NCBI GenBank assembly: GCA_020137815.1
Contig: CM035360.1
Location: 1,984,001 to 2,048,000 of the forward strand
From: Hormiphora californensis
Lineage: Eukaryota > Animalia > Ctenophora
Direction: 5' to 3'
Length of the DNA: 64,000 nt
Shown: piece after piece, positions 1 through 56,746 of the stretch
Layout: every line of letters begins with the position of its first letter
How positions within the stretch are numbered: the stretch's first letter is position 1
Program-made: the position numbers and the translations under genes
The notes under the pieces: generated by a model
Databases searched by the model: none
Told to the model about the DNA's origin: nothing
Seen by the model: the letters and a program-made list of their open reading frames with translations, nothing else

Positions 1-436
1 CTCTCCCTTTTAAAACTTTTTATTCTTGGAGAGAAAACCAAAAATATATCTAACTGATACAATGATAAGATTTTTCAAAAAAAAGGGAAAATTTAAAAAG
101 AGAAAAGGGGAAATCTTTAAAAGCTCTAACTTGGGCAACCCCCGACAAGCAGCGACAAATTAGCGGTTTTTTTTTAAAAGAAAGGACGAGGGGGGGGGAA
201 ATTTTCCCATTTAGTCCCTGTAATCCGTAAATTTTAATACGGGGGATTCATTTTCTCCCCATTTTCAGGGTTCACAGAAAAACCCCAAATTGGGAGCAGT
301 TTTTGGTGACCCTATTGTCTCTATTTAAGCTTGTATTTCGATTTTGAAAGGTAAACAAAATAAACAATTGATATTAGTTACTTTTAGATCCAATTCCCTT
401 ATATTTTCTTGTCTCCCATCCCCTTCCACCCTTTAG

Positions 437-2479
437 GTCATAACCAACAAACTTTTACAGGGTACTGCAAAAATGCAGCCAAGATTGTGCAATTGGAAAG
501 TGGTCGAAATCCTTTCTCTCCCTGTATGAAGCTATTTCCTTCCTAGATACTCTACACAAGCAACTTACTTACACGGGTAACACACACACGCCCCTCCGTG
601 TCACTCTATCGCTAATCGAATATCCCCTCGCCCCCTTACACCCGCCCTTTCCTCAGAGGACTGTACAGTTCCCTCCTACCTGCTGAGATCACTGGAGGGA
701 GAAATATCGGCCGCTAAATCATCCATCCAACTCCTGAAGGTATATGACACACAACTTACATCACACTGCAGCACCTGTTCCTACCATGGACCTGGATTTG
801 AACGGTCTTCGTTAACGTAGCGCGCGAAGGAGCGAGTGTGGAGGAAGTCGCGCGGTGAATTCAACCGCGCGCTTCTTCCATTTCCACATTTTCCGATTTT
901 GCGCTGACAAGGGTCGGGCAATTGACTTTTATGTCTGAGCTCAGAGATCAGAATTGGTCTCTACTTGTAGCTCTATTTAAATCTATCACCCCAGGAACTA
1001 CTGGAAAGAACAACAAACTCTCTAGAAGAGCCGATTAGGAACAAGATTAGAGACAAATTCTCTGATGTCTTGCCCGGAGCAACATTTTGGAAAGGAGAAT
1101 CATTTGGTACGTCACTATCCAACTACAAATGTTTTGATCGATTTTAACAGATTTCAATTTCTTTGACATTTTTCCAAATCATATCTTGTTCCACCCAATC
1201 ATATCTCAGGTACAGAAATGACGAACTGTTTCGTGTCCCTTGCCAAGTTGGTTGAGGGCCTGGTGTCTGATTGTGCCACCCTCCCCGACATTACCAAGTC
1301 CCGGGTTCACCTTATAATCGTGGAGAAAATGGCACAAGCCATTCTAGTGTTGCTGATTAATAACAAGAAAATACAGTACAGGTTTGAAACTGTGATTTGA
1401 AATTCAAATACTAGTCCCTAAGTTCTGCTGTCAGAGCATTGGCCTGACGTGGCTTCCTCCCGCCGACCTGCCCTTATTCTCATTTCTTTCACGCGGAGTG
1501 AGAACCGCGGTCAGAGCTGACATACGTTCTATTGTTATACTTGTTATGAAACTCACACCCACTTGTTCCAACAGTTCTGCGGGTGCCAAAAAGTTGGAGC
1601 GAAATGTGCAGGATTTGATGGATCAACTGAGAGGTCAAGTACCGACCCTGGGTGCCACTCCACTAATCCTAACTCTGAGGAACGATCTGAATAATCTGGT
1701 CAGCAAACGGAGCAAAACCTGCACTTGTAACAGCCGAGGTAAAGATTGATAGGTTTCACTGTCAGTTAGGTGTTGTGTTCAATCGAACGTGGACCCCAGG
1801 CCCATGTGTAAGGGAAATTTTGGTCGTGAATGGTACCAAATTACCGCCGCACCCAACTTAGACCACATCCTATGATCATACCGCCCCATCTAACGCATAC
1901 CCTCTCTTCATTACGTCATCTCGATAGGTACCTTACCGTCCCTTCATTTAACTACTACCATGACCCCCCCCCCCCCCCCCAGTTGCCTAGCTAGACTCTG
2001 TTTCCACGCCCGCGAAACACAAATGTCAAATGTAAAGGAGGGTTATTAGAACATAACTATTAGAACATAACAACCCCCTAGGTAACTGGAAGAGGAGGAG
2101 TGTCCCACAGCTCTGTACGGAGTGTTCTGGACCGGGCCCTCTCTCATGTAACCACCTTAAACCTCCTCCCTCCCCCTCTGGAACACGACAGATATTCTCC
2201 GATTCTGAGGTAAATCAAAACGTTTCGCAGCTACCTATTCCTGTCAGAGCCTGTCTGGCGCCGCGACCCCATCTGAGTACACTGTCGATTTGAGAATCAA
2301 ATGGGGTTTGGCGCCTGCATACAGGTCAGAGCATTGGCCTGACAGAGCTATTCTGAGATATTAACCAGGGTCTGAGCTCTCTAACAACCTTCCAACTGCA
2401 GGTTGATGTAGATAACGTGTCAGCGAACCTGCGAATACGACAGAAGAAATTACTAAAGAAGAAGTTGATGGATCTGTAA
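437..2479 (+). CDS. CCDC142-like coiled-coil protein, 3' part (5' end upstream of window)
   Basis: GT-AG exons join in frame: 437-461, 547-576, 657-739, 995-1106, 1210-1381, 1575-1738, 2082-2209, 2402-2479(stop). Translation ...FSDVLPGATFWKG...VEGLVSDCATLP...AQAILVLLINNKKIQYSSAGAKKLERNVQDLMDQL resembles the CCDC142 core as I recall it (MPxGxYW...VLEPVL...IRFSxxGALQL). The gene model is solid; the family call is tentative. Confidence 0.5.
2251..2324. mobile_element. Tiny CTGTCTGG...CAG MITE with 8-bp TSD, inserted in an even smaller palindrome
   Basis: GTCAGAGC is duplicated at 2243-2250 and 2325-2332. Related copies at ~3340-3405, 3687, 4415-4480, 7300-7367, 8152-8278 (two tandem), 15329-15411, 26558/29821-29882, 35805-35883. 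Confidence 0.75.
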
Positions 2480-3077
2480 CCATGGTAACCATGGTAACCA
2501 TGGTAACGATGTGGTTACTGAATATAATTGTGTAAATACGAACAGTTTATCTGACAACCAGAGACCCTGCAGTAGAGTTATGTAGGCAAACGTGATTATC
2601 AATTAATTAGTTAATTAGTCACTGTATTTACAAAGAGCTGGTATTTTTGTCTTTATTTTTGTACTATTTAGATCAGTTATAGATCTTTTAATTAGTTTAA
2701 CAGTTCATTAATTAACATATATACAGTTCATTAATTAACATATTATATCAGTTGATCAGTCATATTATTTAGAGAAAACCATGTAAAACAAATCATGTAA
2801 AATTGCCCGTTTGTGCATACTATCTCACTGCAAAGTGATAGAGTTCGTTTATTCTTTTAATTTTAACAGAACCCACTGAATAGTCCCACGTGGGACAGAC
2901 AGTTTGGCATCACATGGTTACAGCGAAAGGTGATCTCTTTATTTTTGTTATGTCCAGTATATTTATATTTTCGTTTCTCCCCCCGAACCGTGTGTCTTTT
3001 GATTGAAACAATTTGTGGTGACTGGTGGTGATTAAAAAAGTTACTGAGGGAACCGGAAATAGTCACTCATTTGATCC

Positions 3078-3186
3078 CAAGAACCGACCGAATCAGGAAA
3101 TACTGGTCCCTGATTGGCTGATAACCAGTCACGTGACCTAAATAACGAGTTCTGATTGGTTGTTTACTTGTTTCGGTCGGTTCCTG
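3078..3186. mobile_element. ~109-bp hAT-type MITE (CA(A/G)GAACCGACCGAA TIR) carrying CCAAT boxes and GTCACGTGAC
   Basis: TIRs plus a perfect 8-bp TSD TTTGATCC (3070-3077, 3187-3194). Other copies ~11647-11754, 35097-35165 (partial), 44487-44594, 47607-47714, 55561-55668. Confidence 0.85.
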
Positions 3187-3714
3187 TTTGATCCCAATGA
3201 AGGTTTTATGAGATGGTACCCATGAGTAACTCTCACTCAACAATGGTATGAAGCTGCTCATAGAACTAGAAATCGTATCAGCCGCAAACGACCAAACGTT
3301 GTTTGAATTTGAAAGACGTTCCAACATCGTCCAGACCTGTATCGCGGCGCCAATCGCCATACCCCATTTGACAGTGCGTTCAGATAGGGTCGCGGCGCCA
3401 GACAGGTCTAGACGGGGTTTTCCCAAGACAGGCTTTAAAATTAAACGGCCAACACAGACTAGACGTGCGTTTTTACGGTCTAAACCCGTTTAGACGGAGT
3501 CCGAGTTGGACGAAATCAGAACGAACCCCTGAAATCAGACGGAATTAGAACCTCTGAAATCAGACGGAAACTTTGAAAACATTTCGGAAGTTCCACCTAA
3601 TTTCATATACTCGGTCTAATTCTAAAAGGGTTACGTCTCACTCTCAAGCCCGCGTTAACATGTTTTAAGCACTTTTCAAACCCGTCCTGTCTGGCGGTGC
3701 CAGACCCCATTTAA

Positions 3715-3940
3715 AGGTCCCCCCAAACTACTATGTCCCTTGCTGCGCGCGACCGGATTTCAGACGGCCATATCTCCACCCCCTGATAAGATAGAGGCTT
3801 GAAATTTGTTTTGTGAGGAGATCATGTCGAGTTCTTCCTACAAAACAAATTTCAAGTCTCTATCTCATCAGGGAGTGGAGTTATGACCGTGGGAAATTTT
3901 ACAAAACCCGAGTGAGGGACATAGTAGTTTGGGGTGTACT
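3715..3940. mobile_element. TTAA-flanked non-autonomous element (Kolobok-like, AG...CT ends)
   Basis: TTAA at 3711-3714 and 3941-3944; imperfect TIR CCCCAAACTACTATGTCCCT/AGGGACATAGTAGTTTGGGG; internal palindrome ~3770-3885; sits inside a CTGTCTGG mini-element. Confidence 0.7.
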
Positions 3941-4005
3941 TTAACCAAGGCCAACATTGCGCTCAGATGGGCTCGGCGGTGCTAGATTGAGCCCGTCTGA
4001 CTCCG

Positions 4006-4322
4006 TTGGCTCCATTGCAACCTATTCTCGCTCCGCGTATGTATGTGAGATCGATCTCAGTCGTGCGCGACGTCGATCTCACTCAGGTATCAATGTGGCC
4101 AACTGACTCCGTATCAAGCCCGTTGTGGGGACCTGTCTGGACGACACCTGGAAAACGGTGGAACGACGTCCAGGCAAAGATTGCGGCTAATACGTGTGTC
4201 CTTTGAACAATTGAGTCACTGGAACGTGTTTTGGCCACATTGATACCTGAGTAAGATCGACGTCGCGCTCGACTGAGATCGATCTCACATCGCGGAGCGA
4301 GAATAAGTTGCAATGGAGCCAA
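4006..4322. mobile_element. Two inverted copies of a ~95-bp TTGG...CCAA element, each with its own 9-bp TSD (MULE-like)
   Basis: Copy 1, 4006-4102, is flanked by CTGACTCCG (3997-4005, 4103-4111). Copy 2, 4231-4322, is flanked by GAACGTGTT (4222-4230, 4323-4331). Confidence 0.8.
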
Positions 4323-5250
4323 GAACGTGTTGTGTTTTACGGGATTGAGTGGGAGTCCTAGTTGGGCATGTCACGCCCCCCCCCCCCCCCCAGGAGTCCC
4401 AGGGATATTTTTCTTGCGGCGTTGACCCCATTTAATTTTGATTCGAAAGTGCATTCAGATTGGGTCAGTGCCGCCAGACAGTAGACTAGATGTTACCGTG
4501 GTACGCATAGAGTAAGCCAAGTTCCTATTACCGAATCTAGTAACCGATGACGTAGTACAGCCGGACCCCGATTTAGTGGCACCACGTTCCAATGTCTCAA
4601 CCTTTCCATTACCAACAATAATACAAAGAAAACAGCGTTAATTCATATCACGGTAACGTATGATCAATAATGTACAAAAACAGAGATCGAATGATTTGTA
4701 TTTGCCGTAGAGGCCGTTTATACACCACTGCTCAACACATGTTCTTAATCTAAACTCACAAGTTCTCTTGACTATAATACTGGATCTAAATCTTATCTTG
4801 TCAATTCATCATGATCACTCTTTCAAAAAACAATAAATCCAAAAACTTCTTACTTTTTGTAATATTTCTTAAAACACTTAATCTCAGATGTAACACACAC
4901 TTATTATCGAACTCAATAATATTGCCTTGGGCACGTCACGCCCCTCATGTTCGCGCGCCCGTAGGGCGATCCCCTCAAAATATTGCCCCTCAGCAGCCCT
5001 CAGTTTCATGATGTGTTCAAATTCAATACCAGCTGTTTCAAATTCAACCCCTCAAAACTTGTTGAGTAACTCAACAACTCAAAACATAGAGTAGCAAAAA
5101 GATATCCAACTGAACAACCAAGTCATTACCCAACAGCTATCAGAGCATTGGCATGGCCCTATTCTCAACTGTGGTCAGTTGACATAACAACCCAACAGTT
5201 CAACAGCCCCAATTAATTAATTAGTCCCCAATTAACTAATTAGTACCCAA

Positions 5251-48842
<43,592 letters not shown>

Positions 48843-49418
48843 TTTGGGTGGTGTAGCTACATCGCATTCACATCTTGGACTAGGCTAGGGAGTACAATTA
48901 TAATTTATGTCCCGCTTTTGGGCCTATGAATTGTTAGTCATTAGTGCTAGGAGAACGTCGTTTTATTCAGTCGATTGAAGCAACACACCCACCACTAGCA
49001 AGCCTTCTAAAGTATCGACTATCGAGTTTTGAAATTTTTCGAAAAGGCAACCCGTAATAGGCAATTAAGCATGGTCAGAGGGCAGAGGCAAAGCTAGGCT
49101 GTGTCCAGGGTATTCAGGATTAACTTTTCGGTTGGGAGACAAGGTCAACACATCAAATCGGGTGAAAAGGTGGAACATTGAAGTTTGTTTTAAAAAAAGG
49201 GGGGCACTTGGCAAAGTTTGCTGGCCCCCGTCGGGGGCCCCCCGATAGCGGGATAAGGCAGCGCTTTTCAACTTTTCAAGGGGGGCACTTTTTATTTTTG
49301 GACAGTGCAGCGCGGCTAAAAAAAACAGTGCAGCTGAAGATTGGCAGCGCTTTCTGGACAGAAATCGCGCGTTCCGTTTTACGCGTGGTTTGGCGTCGCG
49401 TCGTTAAGATACACAATA

Positions 49419-51436
49419 AGGAACCATAATAAAGTTCAAGAGCGCACCCCATCCAAGAGCGCACCACCTCCAAAAGACACCACTTCGGCAGCTTCTCTTC
49501 GGCTGTCGGAAAGTGATGCCAATCGGTGTTGGGGTTAAAGTCGGATTTTTTGAAACTGTCACCCCCCTAGGGTTTTCAAATTTCTTTAAATGACCATAAG
49601 TCCTACTGAACAATCTCAATGGTCTCCTCGAGGTAGATGTTATCTACCTCGATTTTGAGAAGGCATTTGATAAGGTGGACATAGGCATTCTATTGGAAAA
49701 ACTCCAGAAATATGGTGTCAAGGGCAGACTTTTATCTTGGCTAAGTAGTTTCCTTACCGATCGGATGCAAACTGTTATGGTCGACGGTGTCCCTTCCTCT
49801 TTCGCTCAAGTGATTAGTGGTGTACCCCAAGGGACAGTTCTAGGCCCAATCCTATTTCTCATATATGTGATCGACCTAGATTCTGTAGTCAAACACGGCT
49901 CGTCCTTGTCGTTTGCAGACGATACCAAAATCTTCTCTGCTATACGAACGCTACTGGATAAGGTCCTCCTTCAAGAGGATCTCAACAGCATCATTTCTTG
50001 GGCAGATATCAACAATATGTCGCTCCACCAAGCAAAGTTTGAAGTGATGAACTATACACTAAATCACACATCATCTCTCAGGGAAATGCCCTTTAGTGCC
50101 GAGAACTATACATATCATCTTTCAGACGGTAGAGCTATTATCCCTTCCCGTACAATTCGTGATCTTGGCGTTCTTCTCTCCTCCGACGGTTCATGGTCAG
50201 CCCAGATATCTCGTGTAATATCAGAGGCGAGACGTATTGCTGGCTGGACCCTCAGTGCATTCAGGTCCCGTTCTCGGAGCACCATGGTTACCCTCTACAA
50301 ATCCCTGGTGCGTCCACACCTGGACTACTGTTGTACTCTTTGGTCCCCCACCAAGATTGGCGATATCAGTCGTTTAGAGGATATTCAACGTGCTTTTACT
50401 CGTAAAATCGCCGGCCTTAAAGGCCTGGACTACTGGCAGAGACTCCGATCCCTGTGTCTACTGTCACTTCAAAGACGTCGTGAGAGATACACTATGATAA
50501 TGGTCTGGAAAATATACAATGGTGAATCACCAAACACCACCAACATGGGCTTTGTGGAGAGCCCCCGTTCTGGACCAAGAGCAATCGTTCCCAGATATTC
50601 TTATGAAGCTCAACGATCAAATCTCACCATGTTTGAGGGTTCTTTTGCAGTTAAGGGCCCCCAACTGTGGAACACTCTACCACGACATGTTAAGGAGGCA
50701 CCGACACTTTCCCATTTTAAATCACGCCTGGGTGTCTACCTTTGTTTCATCCCTGATACTCCACCTATTATCGGGTATCCATCTCAATCGAACAACAACT
50801 CTATCCTGCAGTGGCGTCCTGATCAATTCCAATCTTGATGAATGTTGTTTGTTGCTGAGCTGGTGTGTTATTAATGACTAATGAGGAGGTTTATTTTTTT
50901 AAATATCCTGTGTATTTGTGCGCAAATTATTTGAATTGAATTGAAGTCCGGTTCCTGATGAGACAGAGACTTGAAATTTGGAAGTTACGAAGATCTTGCT
51001 AAGTTCTTCCGAACCTCCAAATTTCAAGTCTCTATCTTATCAGGAACCGGAGATATGACAAATTTTGTTATTTCAGGGGGGTGACAGTTTCAAAAAATCC
51101 GAGTATAGTGAATTTCCACTCCAAGAGCGCACCACATCAAAGAGAGCTCCCCATCCAGAAGATACCATGCGCAGGGGACACCACGCGCAGAAGAGACCGC
51201 ACGCGCAAATACAACGCCGCGCTGGTCTCTTCTGCGCGTGGTGTCCCCTGCGCGTGGTATCTTCTGGATGGGGAGCTCTCTTTGATGTGGTGCGCTCTTG
51301 AAGTGGTGTCTTCTGGAGGTGGTGCGCTCTTGGATGTGGTCTCTTTTGGGTGTGGTGCGCTCTCAGGTGTGGTCTCTCTTCGATGGGGTGCGCTCTTGGG
51401 TGCTCTTGGAGGCTCTTGAACTTTATTATGGTTCCT
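49419..51436. mobile_element. TA-flanked MITE (AGGAACCATAATAAAGTTCAAGAG TIR) split by a LINE insertion
   Basis: TIR at both ends; inner inverted pair ~49542-49568 vs ~51074-51101; internal palindromes ~50947-51055 and ~51120-51300. Confidence 0.75.
49604..50943 (+). mobile_element. 5'-truncated CR1-group LINE (RT C-terminal half), (TTGAA)n tail
   Basis: VIYLDFEKAFDKVD, GVPQGTVLGPILF, FADD, DLGV, LYKSLVRPHLDYC, LWNTLP; ORF open to 50838; tail TTGAATTGAATTG; possible AAGTCC TSD (49598-49603, 50944-50949). Confidence 0.9.
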
Positions 51437-51879
51437 TATAAGTAATTTTCGTAATCGCGTTCGTTAAAAATCACAAAAATTAAAAAATTGTTTCCTCAAT
51501 AATGAAAAATCATCAAGTTTGGAAGATTGTGTCGTCAAAAGCACTCCTTAAATTGTGTAATTTTCGAGGGAATTCGTCCTCGAACCGTACCAAAGGTCAG
51601 AACCCCTGGAACCTGCTTTTGTGGGTTCCGTCTCTGGCGGCTAGACCTCTCGCAGCTCACCTGGGCCCTGGCCCCTGTTTTGTAGGACCCATACCCTGGC
51701 CTCCTCCGACGACTGAAGTCTGACTCTGGACACAGTATGACCACCGAATCGGTGGTCATACTGTGTCGGTGGCACCGATGTGAGTGTGACATACGTCGGT
51801 GGTCGAGGCTGAAAAATATACAACGCCGCTGCCGAGAGCATCTTGATTGTTGTTCCAAAACTCCGATAGATAACAACCG

Positions 51880-52901
51880 ATGATATCACCAAATTCCGCT
51901 AATAGTTTTATGACGACAAGCCCCCAAGTGCGACTTAAGATCATAGAAGATGCAGCAAACCTTCGCAGGAGTGTCAGTGATAACGAGGGAGGGCTTCACA
52001 ATCGGGCTGACTATGTGAGTATTGACCCTTCATAACCGTGGTGACTATGTGAGTATTAATTGACCCTTCATAATATCGTGGTGACAATGTGAGTATTAGC
52101 TGCCCCCTTCATAATCGGGCTGACTATGTGAGTATTAATTGCACCCCCCCCCCTCCATAATATCGTGGTGACAATGTGAGTATTAATTGCACCCCCCCCC
52201 CCCTCCATAAATCATAATATCGTGCTGACTATGTGAGTATTAGCTGAACGGTATATACTATAACACCAACAAACCATTTTATAAACAATACAGCATGTTA
52301 CCTGCTCTGATTTCCATAATATTAATGTGAACTCATTATAAATTTTCTTTGAAATTGAAATTATAACTAAGAGCTCTATTTACAACACTCCATTTTCAGC
52401 AACATTTCTTCAGCGTATACTTTATATTTTATGAAACGGGGTACTCCACTCCTTGCTGAAATGCGTTGAATTAATATGAAAAACATTTAAAAAGATGATG
52501 AAAGATAAATACTAGCAACGAGTGATTTAAATCGTCCTTTGTCTTTCTCATTTCTCACCACTCCAATCCGTCAACCCCCACATACGTATTTATTATTCAT
52601 ATCCAATCTCGGCATCATGATATTCACATATTAAATTGCATCTTATTTCTCGTTATGAAATAGAGAGTATCAAATGTAACTCTTTGTAGGCACCAAAATA
52701 CAGTTCATGTCACACAATGTGTGGTAAGCCAGAAGGATGTGGTCAAGTACGGGTGTCATTCGTGAGTTTTTATAAAAAGTTGCTCACACGTCACTAGCAC
52801 ATATCATCTCCCCCTCCTCCCTGAAATATTTCTAGTGACGTCAGCTACTGGCTAGAAAAAGGAAGAAAATGGGAAATGTGAGCCAGAGAGAGAGAGAGAG
52901 G

Positions 52902-52955
<54 letters not shown>

Positions 52956-54987
52956 GAAGGAGAGAGAGAAAGAGAGGAGAGAGTGGGGAGAAGAGATATA
53001 GCGCTCTTAGAGAGAGAGTAAGATATTATGAGCAGAGGTCCCGCGACCGCTGAGTGTTTGTGATCTATATGCGAGAGTGGACTATCTCGCCCTCTCTGTG
53101 AGAAAGAAATATTGAAACTTAATACGTAAAATGAACACTGTGTCGCAGCTGTGTTGTTGTCTGGTATATGTCCCTCTCTTACTGTACAACTGACGTATAC
53201 TTACTGAATAGTAAATTAAGTTCAAAAATACTTTGTTTCTGTATACTACTGTTGTAATATTTTGTTGTTCTTTTCTCTCAGCTTCTACTTAATGTCCTTT
53301 CTCCTTTTTTTTCTATTCCTTTTTATTCCTTTCTCCTTTTTTTATGTCATCTGTTACTTTCTACCTTCTTACTAATTACACAATAACATATTATGTGTGT
53401 GTGTAAGCGATGTTGTTATGCATGTTTGACCATTATATCCGCCTGTCTGTTTGTCTTTAAATCTCCGTCAGTTTGTCGATATAATATATCTACTACGCCT
53501 TATTGACTTCCCTGTGATCACGCTCCCAACCCCCTCTTATCGTTGAGTGTCTTCCGACATGATCTGCAGTAAAACTCGAAGAAAAACACCAAAAATGGCG
53601 TGAGAGAAATTCTGGCTCATTTCTTTCTTCAACTGGATAATGAAGGTGAGAGAGAGATAGGGAGTCAGATGGTGAGAGAAAGAGAGAGAGAGCGCGATAG
53701 AGAGAGGGAGAGAAAGAGAGAGCGATAGAGAGAGAAAGACAGAGAGCGATAGAGAGCAATAGAAAGAGGGAGAGAGATGTAGAGAGAGAAACCAAAAACT
53801 GATGAGTTGAAGAATCCCATATAATAATCATTTTATATCTTGTCATATAGCAATTTATCGTTGCTCGTGAGAATTTAAAATTGAGCCCCTGCAGCTGCCA
53901 TAATACTGATTAAGAAAATCTCGTCTGGATTCATTGACTTACAACTACACATATAATAATGTACGGACTAACACATGGTTTATTTCACACTAGCAGGTCC
54001 ATGGTTTACTGATCACTCGCATCCTTCTCTTTCTTTTGTCTCTCTCATTACTCCTTTCATTCTTTTTCTCGGCACTAATATTGAACTTTTCTTTACTGCT
54101 CATTACTACTGCACTGTACTGTAGCATCAATTCATACAAACCAACTCACTACCACACGGCGTGTGTTGTCAGTGTTAGAGCTGACAACAGTCTCATATTC
54201 ACATCGCATGATCGTTCGCCATCTTTTCTTATTCTTCTGGTGAAATATACGCACTGCTGCAGTTCTCCAGTCACCAGTGCACTGTTCGAAGGCCACTCGA
54301 GACAGACTGAACATGTTTAATAGATATCTGCCATTATTTGGAGGCTGTCTGAACTGTCAGGATGTCAGGACTGGCTGCTGAGAGATAATGGGATGTAGCA
54401 CAGGGTTCCCCAGAATATATCTTATCCCTCCCTCCTTCTTTCTCTATCTTATCCCTCCCTCTCTCTATCTTATCCCTCCCTCTCTCTATCATATCCCTCC
54501 TTTTTTTCGCAACTTCTCCGTGCCCCTGGTATCACCGGGGCTGAGTGTTCTGTGTTCAGAGCCCTTGTGAGACTAAGAACTTCCGATGCCACTTGCTTGC
54601 CCCCGATGTTTTAAGACCGACGCCTGCTCATCCTGGTCATACCCCGACAAGAGAATACGGATATGCAGCGTGATTCACAAGCTTTGGCAAGCAAGCTTGA
54701 GAGGCGTCCGGTACGACGGCACAACCCTATACATCGCTGGCTCCTTCTTTCTCTATCTTATCCCTCCCTCTCTCTATCTTATCCCTCCCTCTCTCTATCT
54801 TATCCCTCCCTCTCTCTATCCTATCCCTCCCTCCCTCTCCCTATCTCTCTTTCTCTCTATCTCTCATTCTCTCAGGTATCAGGATCACCCACTGAAAAGA
54901 AGAAAAAGAAATCCCTGCTCCACATGATGAAACCTTGGAAATGGAAACGGAAAAAGAAAAGCGAACATTTCGAGGCGACACAAAAAA
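51880..54987 (+). CDS. PHACTR: Phosphatase and actin regulator (PHACTR), first coding exons; gene continues downstream
   Basis: Exon 54876-54987 encodes VSGSPTEKKKKKSLLHMMKPWKWKRKKKSEHFEATQK, matching the PHACTR N-terminal KPWKWRKKK..F motif. Candidate first coding exon 51880-52014 (phase 0); alternative MK start at 53640-53645. RPEL repeats were not seen in this window. Confidence 0.75.
51995..52245. repeat. Tandem array copying the PHACTR exon end and donor site
   Basis: TGAC(T/A)ATGTGAGTATT occurs six times, starting at the real donor (52014/52015). Confidence 0.85.
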
Positions 54988-56746
54988 GTAAGTTTGCTTT
55001 TGTGCAACCAATCTCTTTACTATGTGTTGTTAGGATTTGTTAGGATTTGTGTTGGCACAGGGGTGTAGGAACAGGGGGGACACCGGGGACGGGGCCTAGA
55101 CCCCTGTGTTGGCATCATGTTAGGATTTGTTAAACATGTAGTACTCCGGGAACTTGGGAAATTTGATATTTGGGTAAATGAGAACACTCACACCTGCGTG
55201 ACGTATAATAGGTATCAGAATATAATGCAGAGATTTATACCCTGCTGCACACTACCTCAGCTCAGCAGGTACTAACAGATCTGGTCATGGCACGCCATGT
55301 ACTGCACAGATCTGCTGGTCGAGGGGGAGGGGGGTAGCTCATGTGAAACATCTTGATAAAGTTAGCAGTTAGGACGAGAAAGAGATCTCATTTGCTGCAT
55401 AGATCTGTGAATGATTCTTTGTTCACACTTATAAATCGCATGAAACTTTGAGTATAAAAAAACGACTTGTTTCGATTAGCACATTCATAAATCATAAGAT
55501 TCGGAGGAACGAATCTCTTGCATTACATGGATAATATACGTGCTAAAACATAATATAATCCAGGAACCGATCGAACCAAGTAAACAACCAATCAGAGCTC
55601 GCTATTTAGGTCACGTGACTGATTATCAGCCAATGAGGGACCAGTATTTCCTGATTCGGTCGGTTCCTAATATACTCCCATTCACACAATCTCATATTAA
55701 ATCAAAGAGCTGGAAATCATGTGGGTGTAAAAAGGGGGAACACTCTTTACACCCACATGAGCAGCATCCTCAAACAGTGAGTTTCCTATTCAGTTGCTAG
55801 TCGATGAAGAGAGGAAGAGGTTGAATGATTATACTTCTCAATGCTAGCTCGATTTAGCCTAATTAGGACTTCTGACAGTATTTCACGTAATTCGAATTCT
55901 CTTGCCGAAGCCTTCGAAATCATCACATTTCTCCCGTGTAGTATTTTACACCTCAAATGAATGGTAACTCAAATGAACAGCTGTAATGTTTTGGGGTGGC
56001 GTAATTTCCAACAGACATTCGAAAATATTAACAAACTTCCACTGTCAATATTCTCAGAAATGTATCTTCATCGTCAGCCGGTTTGATTCTGTCGATTGTA
56101 TTATTACGATTAAACCATCACTGTTCTCTCTGAGTCAATGAGGAGCCGTGGACTGTACATTGTACAATGTACATCTACTCATACCAATGGTTCGAGAGTA
56201 TGGTTTTAACTTTTATCCAAAAGTAGGTGAAAGTAGTATGTAGTTTTATTTGCCTAGCTAGACTGTGTTTCGCGCGCCCCGCCCGCGAATGTAAAGGAGG
56301 GTTAGAACATAACAAAGTTTTATTTGGCAATAAAATTGTAAGCAATGAAATACAAAATAGAAATTTAATTAGGCAAAATCTCGGAATCTTTTCTGTCATT
56401 CTCAAAATATTGTTCTTCTTTTGGAGAGGCCACGGGAGGCTTTGATGGGGATGACTGAGATTCAGGTAGTTGCATTTTATTGTTGCTGTCAGAATATTGT
56501 TCTTCGGAAGAATCGTTGGGAGCATCGGTTGAATTCACATCTCCCATATCGATATCTGAAGAACAAGAAGAAGGATTTCATTTCCTTGATCGACCCTGTC
56601 TACCCGAGATAAAACATGGGTTTCATGCATGCTTCCCACTTTGGTGGAATAAACGAATTACAAAGTACCACAAAAGTAAAAGCTCTGGATAGTTAGGAGA
56701 TTTTAGCGAAATACGGTCGAATTTTCAGCAAATGGACGTACCACCC

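Noticed and set aside
1-400. Homopolymer-rich window start
   Set aside because: No interpretable feature; may be low-quality consensus or degraded repeat.
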